Assembly: GCA_963678315.1 (NCBI GenBank) | Contig: OY782781.1 | Coordinates: 704,001 to 768,000 of the forward strand | Direction: 5' to 3' | Source: Candidatus Cloacimonadales bacterium | GTDB lineage: Bacteria > Cloacimonadota > Cloacimonadia > Cloacimonadales > JAFGVF01 | Length of the DNA: 64,000 nt | In this document: piece by piece, positions 1 to 9,407 of the stretch | Position numbering within the stretch: position 1 is the first letter of the stretch | Layout of the letters: every line of letters starts with the position of its first letter | Position numbers and translations under genes: made by a program | The notes under the pieces: generated by a model | The model's input: the letters and a program-made list of their open reading frames with translations, nothing else | Databases searched by the model: none | What the model was told of the DNA's origin: nothing

Positions 1-513
1 GCTATAACGTCTTACAAGCTTATCAACATTATCTTCCAATATACGAAGCTTATCATCTTGTGAATATTGCTTATCTAACTCAGACTCAATAAGATTAATA
101 TCAACCCCTTTTAGTTTAAGCTTATAGCGAATATCATTCTTACTCTTTCCTAATTCTATCATTGACCTAACATATAATTCTGTTAATCTAGCATCAGAAA
201 TAAACTTCTTATCTAGACAAAAATCTATAACTTTGCTGATAATAGAATAATGGAAATTGAGCTTTTTTAAGTATTGCTTAGACTCATATTCAGAGTGTTC
301 TTGCTTAGCTAAATAGTTAAATAGTCTTTCTCGAGCATACCTATAGAGATAGTCTTTAAGCTCAACTTCTTGGTAATCTTCAAGCTCCTCTAAATATAGA
401 TATAAAGAGAGGAGTTTTACAGGTAAAACTCCCCAAAGTTGTTGGTCTATATAGACTTCTCTAAGATATTTTACCCCTAATCTATTCCTCAGTTCCAGCT
501 TCTTCTTCTTCAT
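1..513 (-). CDS. recX: RecX regulatory protein (3' end runs off window)
   Basis: Not in the ORF track. Manual translation from ATG 513 (overlapping the recA end) gives [13 protein letters not shown]...[25 protein letters not shown]...FISDARL...[10 protein letters not shown], which is RecX-like and lies directly downstream of recA. Confidence 0.85.
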   Translation of the reverse strand, partial: MKKKKLELRNRLGVKYLREVYIDQQLWGVLPVKLLSLYLYLEELEDYQEVELKDYLYRYARERLFNYLAKQEHSEYESKQYLKKLNFHYSIISKVIDFCLDKKFISDARLTELYVRSMIELGKSKNDIRYKLKLKGVDINLIESELDKQYSQDDKLRILEDNVDKLVRRYS

Positions 514-1531
514 TGTTATCTTCAAAACTATCTGGTGAGATTATATGTAAAACTTTATCTTTGATTTCTGCTTGTAGATCCTCATTCTCTGTTAAGAATG
601 CTTTTGTCTTCTCAGAACCCTGACCTAATCTAATATCTCCATAAGAGAACCATGAGCCTGCTTTAGTTACAATATCATGATTAACAGCTAAGTCAAGCAA
701 GATGTCTAACTTAGAGATACCTAGACCAAAGATTATTGGGAATTCTACTTTCTTAAATGGTGGAGCGAACTTATTCTTAACTATCTTTACACGAGTCTTA
801 GCACCAGAGATTTCAGCCTCAGCTCCAGTAGTCTTAATAGAACCTGCAGATCTAACTTCTAAGCGAAGAGATGAATAGAACTTAAGCGCTACACCACCAG
901 TAGTCGTTTCAGGATTAACATAAGGTGGAGCCCCTATCTTCATTCTTGTTTGATTAATGAATATTACAGCAGTATTTGACTTAGATACAATAGAAGTAAG
1001 CTTTCTGAGAGCTTGAGACATTAATCTAGCTTGTAAGCCAACATGACTATCACCCATGCTACCTTCTATCTCTTGACGAGGCACTAGGGCTGCTACTGAG
1101 TCAATAACGATAAGATCTAAAGCATTAGATCTACATAAGTGTTCAACAATCTCAAGAGCTTGCTCACCGCCATCAGGCTGAGAGATAAGTAGTTTATCTG
1201 TATCTACACCTAATTTCTTAGCATAGATAGGATCTAAAGCATGTTCTGCATCAATAAAAGCAACTTCACCACCCTGCTTTTGAGCTTCTGAAACAATATG
1301 CAAAGACAAGGTTGTCTTACCCGAAGCTTCAGCCCCATAAATCTCAGTAATCCTTCCCTTAGGAATACCACCTATGCCTAAAGCGACATCTAAGTTTAAT
1401 GCTCCTGTTGGAATTACATCTACATCTAGTTTAGGTCTATCACCTAAACGCATTATTGCACCTACACCATATTTCTTCTCAAGTTGTTTCAACGCTGTTT
1501 TTAAGGCAGTATCTTTTGCATTATCAGCCAT
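482..1531 (-). CDS. recA: Recombinase A
   Basis: GAEASGKTT Walker [31 protein letters not shown] and FINQ RecA motifs. Confidence 0.99.
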   Translation of the reverse strand: MADNAKDTALKTALKQLEKKYGVGAIMRLGDRPKLDVDVIPTGALNLDVALGIGGIPKGRITEIYGAEASGKTTLSLHIVSEAQKQGGEVAFIDAEHALDPIYAKKLGVDTDKLLISQPDGGEQALEIVEHLCRSNALDLIVIDSVAALVPRQEIEGSMGDSHVGLQARLMSQALRKLTSIVSKSNTAVIFINQTRMKIGAPPYVNPETTTGGVALKFYSSLRLEVRSAGSIKTTGAEAEISGAKTRVKIVKNKFAPPFKKVEFPIIFGLGISKLDILLDLAVNHDIVTKAGSWFSYGDIRLGQGSEKTKAFLTENEDLQAEIKDKVLHIISPDSFEDNNEEEEAGTEE

Positions 1532-1549
1532 AATATTTCCTCTATTAGC

Positions 1550-2095
1550 TTATATATTATATTGTTTAAGTTCTCTGTATTTTACTCCATGCTTACCAAA
1601 AGTACTTTCATAGAGTATTACTTCATCGACAGTTATATTGAGAATTTCAGTCTCACAATTCATTATTGTGTTGATATGTGGTTTCATTAACGGGACCTTA
1701 ACCCGTCCTAAAGTTATATGAGCTTTAAATTCCCTCTTTTCAAGCTCAATCCCTAGCTCTTTAAGCTTGAATCTGAGCTTCTTAACAAACTTAGCTAAAG
1801 ACTTGTCATGTTCTAATTCAAGCCAGATTAACTTTGGTTCAGCTAAAGGATAAACACTTAAATTAGCATCCTTAAAAGTCTGCCTACTTAAGTCAGGAAG
1901 TAATTCTAAAAACACCTCATCTAAATCAGAGAGAATATTCCCAGGTAAGTTTCCAAGAAACTGCAAAGTAATATGAAGATTCTCCTGCTTTACCCAAGTA
2001 ACTCCAAATGGAATATAATCAGCCAAATAGGCTATCTTTTCGCTTAGATACTGCCGTAAGGCATCATCTATAGGAAAAGCATAAAAAAGCCTCAT
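1550..2095 (-). CDS. thpR: RNA 2',3'-cyclic phosphodiesterase (2H family)
   Basis: Two HITL (HxT) motifs, MRLF N-terminus, typical position upstream of recA. Confidence 0.9.
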   Translation of the reverse strand: MRLFYAFPIDDALRQYLSEKIAYLADYIPFGVTWVKQENLHITLQFLGNLPGNILSDLDEVFLELLPDLSRQTFKDANLSVYPLAEPKLIWLELEHDKSLAKFVKKLRFKLKELGIELEKREFKAHITLGRVKVPLMKPHINTIMNCETEILNITVDEVILYESTFGKHGVKYRELKQYNI

Positions 2096-2578
2096 CTATC
2101 TTTTATATCCGATAGTTTGTAAGAACTTCTTTCTAGTCGTAATATCTGTATCTAACTCTGTACCTTTAGGAGAGAAGCCATCTATTACACCTAAGATACC
2201 ACGACCCTGCTCAGTTTGGGCGATTATAACCTCTACAGGATTAGCTGTAGCACAGAAGATATTCACAACTTCACGGCAGTTCTTTACTGCAGGAAGCACA
2301 TTTATTGGGAAAGCATTCTCTAATATTATCAAGAAAGAGTGTCCAGCGCCTATCTTTTTAATATTTCTTACAGCTTCATCAATAAGATAAACATCGTTGC
2401 CATCCTTACGGATAAGGCATGGACCAGAAGCCTCAGCAAAAGCAAGTCCAAACTTCACATTTGGCACTGAATTAACAACAGCTTCATATAAATCCTCTAC
2501 AGTTTTGATAAAATGAGACTGTCCAAGAATAATGTTTCTACCTTCTTTAACTACTATCTTTTCACTAACTAATTCCAT
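2096..2578 (-). CDS. Adenosine-specific kinase family (DUF355) protein
   Basis: [32 protein letters not shown] and [10 protein letters not shown] motifs. Confidence 0.85.
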   Translation of the reverse strand: MELVSEKIVVKEGRNIILGQSHFIKTVEDLYEAVVNSVPNVKFGLAFAEASGPCLIRKDGNDVYLIDEAVRNIKKIGAGHSFLIILENAFPINVLPAVKNCREVVNIFCATANPVEVIIAQTEQGRGILGVIDGFSPKGTELDTDITTRKKFLQTIGYKR

Positions 2579-2749
2579 AATTACATCTCCACAATAAAAT
2601 ATTAATTAATACTTAATTTAATTATTTAAATCTTTATTTAAGTGTCAATAAATTAATTTGTAAATTACTAACACTGCTTTTAAAAGCCTATTAAATGGCC
2701 TCTTCATAAATTTATTTAAATATACTTAATATTTTCAAGCATATTTATC

Positions 2750-3514
2750 TTATTCATACCAGTTCTTAAATTCTTTAACTTTTCTTCTACTAACAATTAC
2801 ATCAAAGTCAACTTTTACTTTTAAATCCAATAATAATCTATTTCCAATAAACTGATGGATTCTAGCAATAGAATAATCAGGAACTATAAACTGGCGTGAA
2901 ATTCTAAAGTAATTATTAGATAACATGCCTTCTAAATTATCTAGAGAATAGTCCAGAATATAGCGTTTTTGCTCATTAGTGATGATATAGGTTGTACTAT
3001 TATCAGCATAGAATAAGGCAATATCAGAAGAGAATATAGGAATAAAGGTAGTTCCTTTTTTCACTAAGAATTTCTGATGACTATCATTACCGCTTTCCAC
3101 AGTTGTATTAGAAAGCTCTTTAATCAGATTCTTAAATATCGGCTTAGAAATGCTCTCTTTCACTAGGTTTGTATATTTCTGAATACTATTTATCAGGTCA
3201 GCTTTTTTAATAGGTTTAAGAAGGTAATCTATGCTATTAAGTTTGAAAGCATCGATAGCAAACTGATTGTAAGCAGTCATAAAGATAATTGGTGATTTAA
3301 CATTACTATCTTCGAATATCTCAAAACTTGTACCATCACCAAGCTGAATGTCTGCAAAAATCAAATCAGGTTCACTATTTTCTTCAAACCATAACAATCC
3401 TTCTTCTACTGAGGATATTTGGGCAATGACTTGATAGTCATTATTAATATTCTCGACAATCTTTTTTATTCTATCTGAAGAAATCTTTTCATCTTCAATA
3501 ATTATCATTTTCAT
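2750..3514 (-). CDS. LytTR-family response regulator
   Basis: Receiver domain (IEDE, DIQL, TAY, LLKP) plus LytTR domain (FRISRQFIV, VSRRK). Confidence 0.93.
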   Translation of the reverse strand: MKMIIIEDEKISSDRIKKIVENINNDYQVIAQISSVEEGLLWFEENSEPDLIFADIQLGDGTSFEIFEDSNVKSPIIFMTAYNQFAIDAFKLNSIDYLLKPIKKADLINSIQKYTNLVKESISKPIFKNLIKELSNTTVESGNDSHQKFLVKKGTTFIPIFSSDIALFYADNSTTYIITNEQKRYILDYSLDNLEGMLSNNYFRISRQFIVPDYSIARIHQFIGNRLLLDLKVKVDFDVIVSRRKVKEFKNWYE

Positions 3515-3515
3515 T

Positions 3516-5303
3516 CTAAGATATCTCCCTAATAAGTGGTAATTTTACAATAAATTGGTTATCTGTTTCAGACACAACAATGTTCAATTTCTTCAACAAA
3601 TACAATCTTTGATTCAGGTTTTTTAATCCCATTTTAGAAGTTATAGTAGCCTGCTTTTTTACTTGCATATTATTGGAAACAACCAGCTGATTTTTATCTA
3701 CTTTGAAGTTTATGATTAGCTTCCTTTCTGGGGTAGCAATATTGTGTTTAATTGCGTTTTCTATCAGCATTTGAATACTTAATGGGGGTACAAAGAAAGA
3801 TTCGTATTCAGGCTTGATCTCATAATTCATTTCGATAGAATCTGAAAACCTCATTTTAATAAGGTAGGTGTAGGCATTACAGAATTTTAATTCACTGCCT
3901 AGTGTAACAAAGTCAAGATCTTGAGTATCTAGAATATACCTATAGACTTGCGAGAACTCTTGTATATAATTTACAGCCGTGTCTTGATCTGTTTCAACCA
4001 AAGCGACCAGAGTCCCTAAGCTATTAAACAAGAAATGTGGATCAAGTTGCTTTTTCAAAATACTTAATTGAGATTGCAAGTTTGTTTCAGTAAGTTCAAG
4101 GTTCTTTATCTTTTGAGAATGGAGCTCATTAATGGTCGTATTATATTGCTTCAAGAGTAAATTACCAAAGGCAAATACCCAGAACAACATACCCACACCA
4201 ATAGGGGCTAAGTAAAGTTCTATAGAAGGAGTTCTCACAAAGACAGAGAAGATTATATAGAAAAGATTAACCAAAGATGCTATAAAAAAGAGACTTTTAC
4301 TTCGGTATAGAATATCCTCATCTTTCTTAAGAAAATACAATATTGCCAGATGAAATATCAGTAGTATAGCTAAAATGAAGAACTTTGTATAAAACATAAA
4401 GTTCATTGGTATGAAGAAGAATATTAATGAAGTAAACATTATTATCGGCATCAACAAAAGAATCCTTCTTTTGAGGAATGATGAAATAAGCAGGCCAAAG
4501 AAGAACCATATTAAATGATAATTAACAAGTAGGGTTAGCATTCTCGTATGAGTAAAGTCTGAGAATATCAAAGATAATGGAGAAAGTAACCAATAAAAGA
4601 TGCCTGCTGTTCCCATTAATAAAGAGAATAGCAATAAAACTATGTTCAGCTTTTTTATTGTGACAAAGAAAATTATTAAACTTACAATACTAGCAACAAT
4701 CAGAAAACTACCAATAAAGATAAAACCAAAGTTAGTTCTCTTTTTAGAAAGTTCTCTTTCCCTAATGAAGTTGGTGATAGAACTTTTACCTCCAATCACA
4801 ATAGGAAAAAATTTAAAGATGGCTGTATCCTTAGTCATATCAAAAGAGAAATAAATATAATCTAAAGTACTAATAATTCCGTTCTTATAACCTATAGGAA
4901 AGACCTTTCCTTCAAAATTACCAGGAGCAATAAGTTTGTTTAAGTTTTCTTCTATTGCGTTTTTTGGAAAGATTTTTTCCCCATAATAGACAGCCAAATT
5001 GTTTTTTACTGAATTGATAAAAACATAATTCTTAGGGTCAATATTATTCTGTAATTTTACCCTAATCCAATACTTTCCTTCATCAAGAATCCCATGTTTT
5101 CTTAAGAAATCTATTTTTACCCAATCATGCTCAGATAAGTTAGTAAACTCGGGTATATCAAAAGCATTTTTATGAATATGACCTATGTAAAATTCAACAT
5201 CATGAATATTGTATTCATTCCTATCATTAGAACTTTCATTCCCCTTTAAGGTAAAGGCTAACATTAACACTAAAACAAATAATAGAATCTTCTTCATAAT
5301 CAA
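3516..5303 (-). CDS. LytS-type membrane sensor histidine kinase
   Basis: Signal peptide, multiple TM helices, QLDPHFLFNSL H-box, LIENAIKH N-box; adjacent to the LytTR regulator. Confidence 0.9.
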   Translation of the reverse strand: MIMKKILLFVLVLMLAFTLKGNESSNDRNEYNIHDVEFYIGHIHKNAFDIPEFTNLSEHDWVKIDFLRKHGILDEGKYWIRVKLQNNIDPKNYVFINSVKNNLAVYYGEKIFPKNAIEENLNKLIAPGNFEGKVFPIGYKNGIISTLDYIYFSFDMTKDTAIFKFFPIVIGGKSSITNFIRERELSKKRTNFGFIFIGSFLIVASIVSLIIFFVTIKKLNIVLLLFSLLMGTAGIFYWLLSPLSLIFSDFTHTRMLTLLVNYHLIWFFFGLLISSFLKRRILLLMPIIMFTSLIFFFIPMNFMFYTKFFILAILLIFHLAILYFLKKDEDILYRSKSLFFIASLVNLFYIIFSVFVRTPSIELYLAPIGVGMLFWVFAFGNLLLKQYNTTINELHSQKIKNLELTETNLQSQLSILKKQLDPHFLFNSLGTLVALVETDQDTAVNYIQEFSQVYRYILDTQDLDFVTLGSELKFCNAYTYLIKMRFSDSIEMNYEIKPEYESFFVPPLSIQMLIENAIKHNIATPERKLIINFKVDKNQLVVSNNMQVKKQATITSKMGLKNLNQRLYLLKKLNIVVSETDNQFIVKLPLIREIS

Positions 5304-5306
5304 CCT

Positions 5307-6071
5307 TTATACTATTTTTTGAGCTATATAAATAATGTTATCTGAATCAGGAGTAACATCATTAAGTTGGAAATCTCCATACATTTCAACTAGCTTATAT
5401 CCACATAGCTTTAGCAAAACTTCAAGAAAGTCAGTTCTCACACCTTTTAGACTCAGAACATGCCTAAAGACATCTCTTGATTGACTATCTTCCAAGACAT
5501 AGGTATCTTCCCATCTTGTTATCTGTGCTATTCTATCTACTCTATGAGATGTATACATAGAAATTTGTTTACCTAAATCTTTGTTCTGTCTCTTATATAA
5601 TAGTGTTTTAGCTTGATGAATAGGCAAGTCACAAGTATATGGGCATATATCAAATCCGATAAAGCCACCTCTTTCAATAAACTTTGATAAATGAGTTAGT
5701 GCTTTAATTTGCTCATCTAAAGTAAGCAAATATTGGAATGTTGAATATGAATAAAAAGCAAAGTTATACTTATCTGGAAATTCATATTCTAGCATACTAC
5801 CACAATGAATATTCTCTATAAGCATATCTTTTCTGTTTTTCCGGAACTCACATATCATCTTTGAAGACAAGTCGATAGCAGTTATATCATACCCTTCTTT
5901 AGCAAATTCCTTGCTAATCCTACCTGTACCGCATCCAAGCTCCAACACTTTTCCACCAAGTTTATTAGCAATGGCTAGCCATGCTTTATAATCACCTAAT
6001 TGATGAGAGTTAATTGCATTCAGCTCCCAATCAAATAGGTAAGAATAATCATTCCAATCTTTTATCATCAT
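5307..6071 (-). CDS. Class I SAM-dependent methyltransferase
   Basis: VLELGCGTG motif I, AIDLS motif. Confidence 0.88.
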   Translation of the reverse strand: MMIKDWNDYSYLFDWELNAINSHQLGDYKAWLAIANKLGGKVLELGCGTGRISKEFAKEGYDITAIDLSSKMICEFRKNRKDMLIENIHCGSMLEYEFPDKYNFAFYSYSTFQYLLTLDEQIKALTHLSKFIERGGFIGFDICPYTCDLPIHQAKTLLYKRQNKDLGKQISMYTSHRVDRIAQITRWEDTYVLEDSQSRDVFRHVLSLKGVRTDFLEVLLKLCGYKLVEMYGDFQLNDVTPDSDNIIYIAQKIV

Positions 6072-6089
6072 ATCCTCAGCATATTATTA

Positions 6090-9000
6090 TTACACTACTT
6101 TCACAAATTTCCCACTTACTATATACTTGTTTTCTTTCACAAAATCCATTGATTCTATAATAGAAATATAGCGATTGACCTGCTCAGAATCACTTACCTT
6201 TCCTGTCTTATAATCAATAATAGTAACTTCTTTTCTCTTATGTGAAACCATCATTCTGTCAATTCTTAATTCTTGTGAATTATCGTAAACAACTTTTTCA
6301 TTGAATATTACATCCCACTCAGTAGAAAATAAATCTGCGTTTTCTTCTATGAAGTCACAACACATCTTATAGATATATTCTAAATCAGCAAAACTTAACA
6401 AGGAGCCAAAGTCTTGCATTACCATCTTCCAGGCTAAAGATAGTTCTTCTTGACTTCCATAGCTTATAAAGGACAAGAAGTAATGAGCAACTGTTCCTAT
6501 CAGTTGTTGTTTATCTTCTAAATACACCCTCTTCATATCTACTATGGGCACATTTTCTTCGAAATCGGCACACTTTTCTTGAGAAATATAATCAGCCAGC
6601 CATATTTTTGTTTGGATATTAGTAATTTTATTATCTTCCTGTTCTGGTAAGCTTCTATCTTCTGTTGAAGAATACTTGAAGAATACTCTATCTTCATCAG
6701 AATAATTACTTGCATCTAGTTCCTGGAAATGTTGCTTATAAGCTTGAACCAATCGAGCAATTACTCTCTTATTTGTGTGCATTGTTTCAATATAGTCTTC
6801 CATTCCATTCTTGAACTTGTAATTTATAAAGAGTCCAAGATTTTTCTTTGCCCTAGTTAAAGCCACATAATATACATCAATTTCCTCTATGATTTCCTTC
6901 TTTATAGGGAAGTCTAACAAGTCTGAAAAGCCACTAGCTTTAACAATTTTTAAATCAGAAGAACTCGATTGTATCAAGAGATCATTGAAACTTTGATATT
7001 TATTGCCCTCAAATCCATATAAGAATGTAAAATTGTTAAAACCACCAGAAGAACTTAAACTTTGGTTATTAGCTAGATTCATAAAGACAAAAACATTATC
7101 AAAGCCTAGTCCTTTTGACTTATGGATAGTTAAGATAGAAATACTATCATTAAGTTTTAATCCTTGCTCAAGAATTTCACTAGTATCCTCTTTCTGTCTG
7201 CTACAATACTCTACAAAGCCATACAAATCAAATGATTCAACTTGTAGCTTACCCATCTCAAAGTTTATCAACAGTTGTTTAAAGACATAAATATTCTTCC
7301 AATCTGTTTCATTTGCACAGACATTAGCAAAATCAAATTTACCAAGAATTGCTTCAAAGAAGTCACTCATACTAGAATACTCTCTATTTATGAGTTCAAG
7401 TATTTCATTAACATAGGAATCATTTAGTAAAATCTTATAATCAATTTCCCGATAAGAATATTTATCAAAAGTATTTAACTTTTGCAGAACTAATGCCAAC
7501 TTATCTGAGCTTAGTAGAACTAAATCTGACCTCAAGAAAGATAAGAAAGAGTAATCATCCCTTAATAGTTTGTATTTAAATAGAAGATAGATTAATTTAA
7601 CTGCCCCATTGTTTAAGAGCTTTTCAGAAGATTCAATATTATTGTTAATATTTAGATTGTTTAAAGCAGTTGCAATCTGACTCGCATCCGTTTTTCTTCT
7701 TACCAAAATAGCCGTATTACCAAGATCGATTGCCCCTTTTTCTAACAAATCACTTATCTCTTGAGCAAAAACCTTAAATTCATCTGCTTCTTTGTGATTT
7801 TCTTTTGCTTTGTTATATTCCCAATAATAGACTTCAGCATTAGAATCATCTTTATAGTCCACATCTTGATAGTCCCAAGTCATATCTTGCTGAGCAAGAT
7901 CTTGCTGGAAAACTTGGTCACTGAAGGTCCTATTCACAAAAGAGAGAATATCTTTATTGGACCTATAACAGGTGCTTAAAGACTCTGGCTCTACACCTAA
8001 TACAGCTTGCATAGCAGACATCAAACCTCTTTCACCACCTCTCCAGCCATAAATAGATTGCTTACCATCACCCACAACAATAACCCCTGATGTGTCTTTC
8101 ATTGAATATCCACTAATTAACTCACTTATTATTGGAATTAGAATAGAATACTGAGTTATGGAAGTATCTTGAAACTCATCTATTAGCATATACCTAATTC
8201 TACTCACAAGTTGCTCATAAAATACATTTGTAACAGTGTTTCTGTCTCTATCAATCAAGGATAAAGACTCTTCATAAAGGTATCTATTTGTGTAATATGT
8301 AATATCATCATAAGTAAACTTAGCTAAAGACATCTTCAACCTGTCATACTCTTGACACAACAATCTCCATGCTTTTATTATATCTTCTTGTTTAGTCATT
8401 ATCCTATCAAAGATATAACAATCACATAGCTGTGATAAGACCTGATCAAATTCAATCTTTAGTTCATTTTCTATAGGCTTAATAGCCTTCTTTCTAGAAA
8501 CAGCAAATGGATAAACTTTATCAACAATTGTGCTAATATTATTCAGTACATATTCTTTATTTGCTAAGAAACTTTCAAAGTAAGCCAGTAATTCAATATC
8601 ACTATTTTCTTGGAAACTAAGTAGTGTTTTATAGTCTTTTAAGAATACTTTGGATAAGACTTTGTTCTCTTGGCTCTGTATAACTTCATCATATTTTCTT
8701 ACCAAGTTCATGTAATCTTCTTTGAATTTCACCCACATAGCATCCAATTCTTTTGTAAAACTATCTAAGCCTATTTTCATGATTCTACCAACATCTCCAG
8801 ATAGCTGACTCTTATCATAGAAATCTAGAATCCAACGATTACTAATCATAGAATCCAGATAAGTAATACTCTTCTCTACTGTTCTCAAGTTCAGCATTGA
8901 GAAGATTGGCTTGAATACAGGGAAAATACTATCAGAAAAGATATAGCTTAACAATCGTTCGTGGATCTCCATGTTAGCATTTACATCAATGGAAAAATCA

Positions 9001-9407
9001 TTTATTTTTAAGTAAGGAGCAATCATTGTTCTGAAAATATTTGTTGTAAATGAATCTATAGTTGATATTTGCAGTAAATCTTTACGTTTTAAGATATCAG
9101 GTAAGATCTTAGTTTTTATATATTCAATATCTTCATCACTTATGTCATAATTACAACTTTTTTGACAGGATTCCAATATACCTGCATAGCCTTCTCTTTT
9201 ATGTGCTATTATATCCATAAAGCCTAGAATATTTTCACGTATCTCTGCTGTTGCCTTCTTGGTAAAGGTCATTACATATATCTGACTGAAATCAAAGTCT
9301 GCATTATTCTTATTCTTGAGGAGAAGAGTTATAAATTCAAGGGATAATCTATAAGTCTTACCTGTACCAGCAGATGCCATGATTACTTTTTTGGTAATGT
9401 TTTCCAT
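6090..9407 (-). CDS. addA: AddA-like UvrD helicase with C-terminal PD-(D/E)XK nuclease
   Basis: ASAGTGKT, TFTKKA, IDEFQDT, VGDGKQSIYGWRG, TIHKSKGL and YVALTRA helicase motifs; RIDR...IIDYKTG nuclease motif. Confidence 0.85.
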   Translation of the reverse strand: MENITKKVIMASAGTGKTYRLSLEFITLLLKNKNNADFDFSQIYVMTFTKKATAEIRENILGFMDIIAHKREGYAGILESCQKSCNYDISDEDIEYIKTKILPDILKRKDLLQISTIDSFTTNIFRTMIAPYLKINDFSIDVNANMEIHERLLSYIFSDSIFPVFKPIFSMLNLRTVEKSITYLDSMISNRWILDFYDKSQLSGDVGRIMKIGLDSFTKELDAMWVKFKEDYMNLVRKYDEVIQSQENKVLSKVFLKDYKTLLSFQENSDIELLAYFESFLANKEYVLNNISTIVDKVYPFAVSRKKAIKPIENELKIEFDQVLSQLCDCYIFDRIMTKQEDIIKAWRLLCQEYDRLKMSLAKFTYDDITYYTNRYLYEESLSLIDRDRNTVTNVFYEQLVSRIRYMLIDEFQDTSITQYSILIPIISELISGYSMKDTSGVIVVGDGKQSIYGWRGGERGLMSAMQAVLGVEPESLSTCYRSNKDILSFVNRTFSDQVFQQDLAQQDMTWDYQDVDYKDDSNAEVYYWEYNKAKENHKEADEFKVFAQEISDLLEKGAIDLGNTAILVRRKTDASQIATALNNLNINNNIESSEKLLNNGAVKLIYLLFKYKLLRDDYSFLSFLRSDLVLLSSDKLALVLQKLNTFDKYSYREIDYKILLNDSYVNEILELINREYSSMSDFFEAILGKFDFANVCANETDWKNIYVFKQLLINFEMGKLQVESFDLYGFVEYCSRQKEDTSEILEQGLKLNDSISILTIHKSKGLGFDNVFVFMNLANNQSLSSSGGFNNFTFLYGFEGNKYQSFNDLLIQSSSSDLKIVKASGFSDLLDFPIKKEIIEEIDVYYVALTRAKKNLGLFINYKFKNGMEDYIETMHTNKRVIARLVQAYKQHFQELDASNYSDEDRVFFKYSSTEDRSLPEQEDNKITNIQTKIWLADYISQEKCADFEENVPIVDMKRVYLEDKQQLIGTVAHYFLSFISYGSQEELSLAWKMVMQDFGSLLSFADLEYIYKMCCDFIEENADLFSTEWDVIFNEKVVYDNSQELRIDRMMVSHKRKEVTIIDYKTGKVSDSEQVNRYISIIESMDFVKENKYIVSGKFVKVV

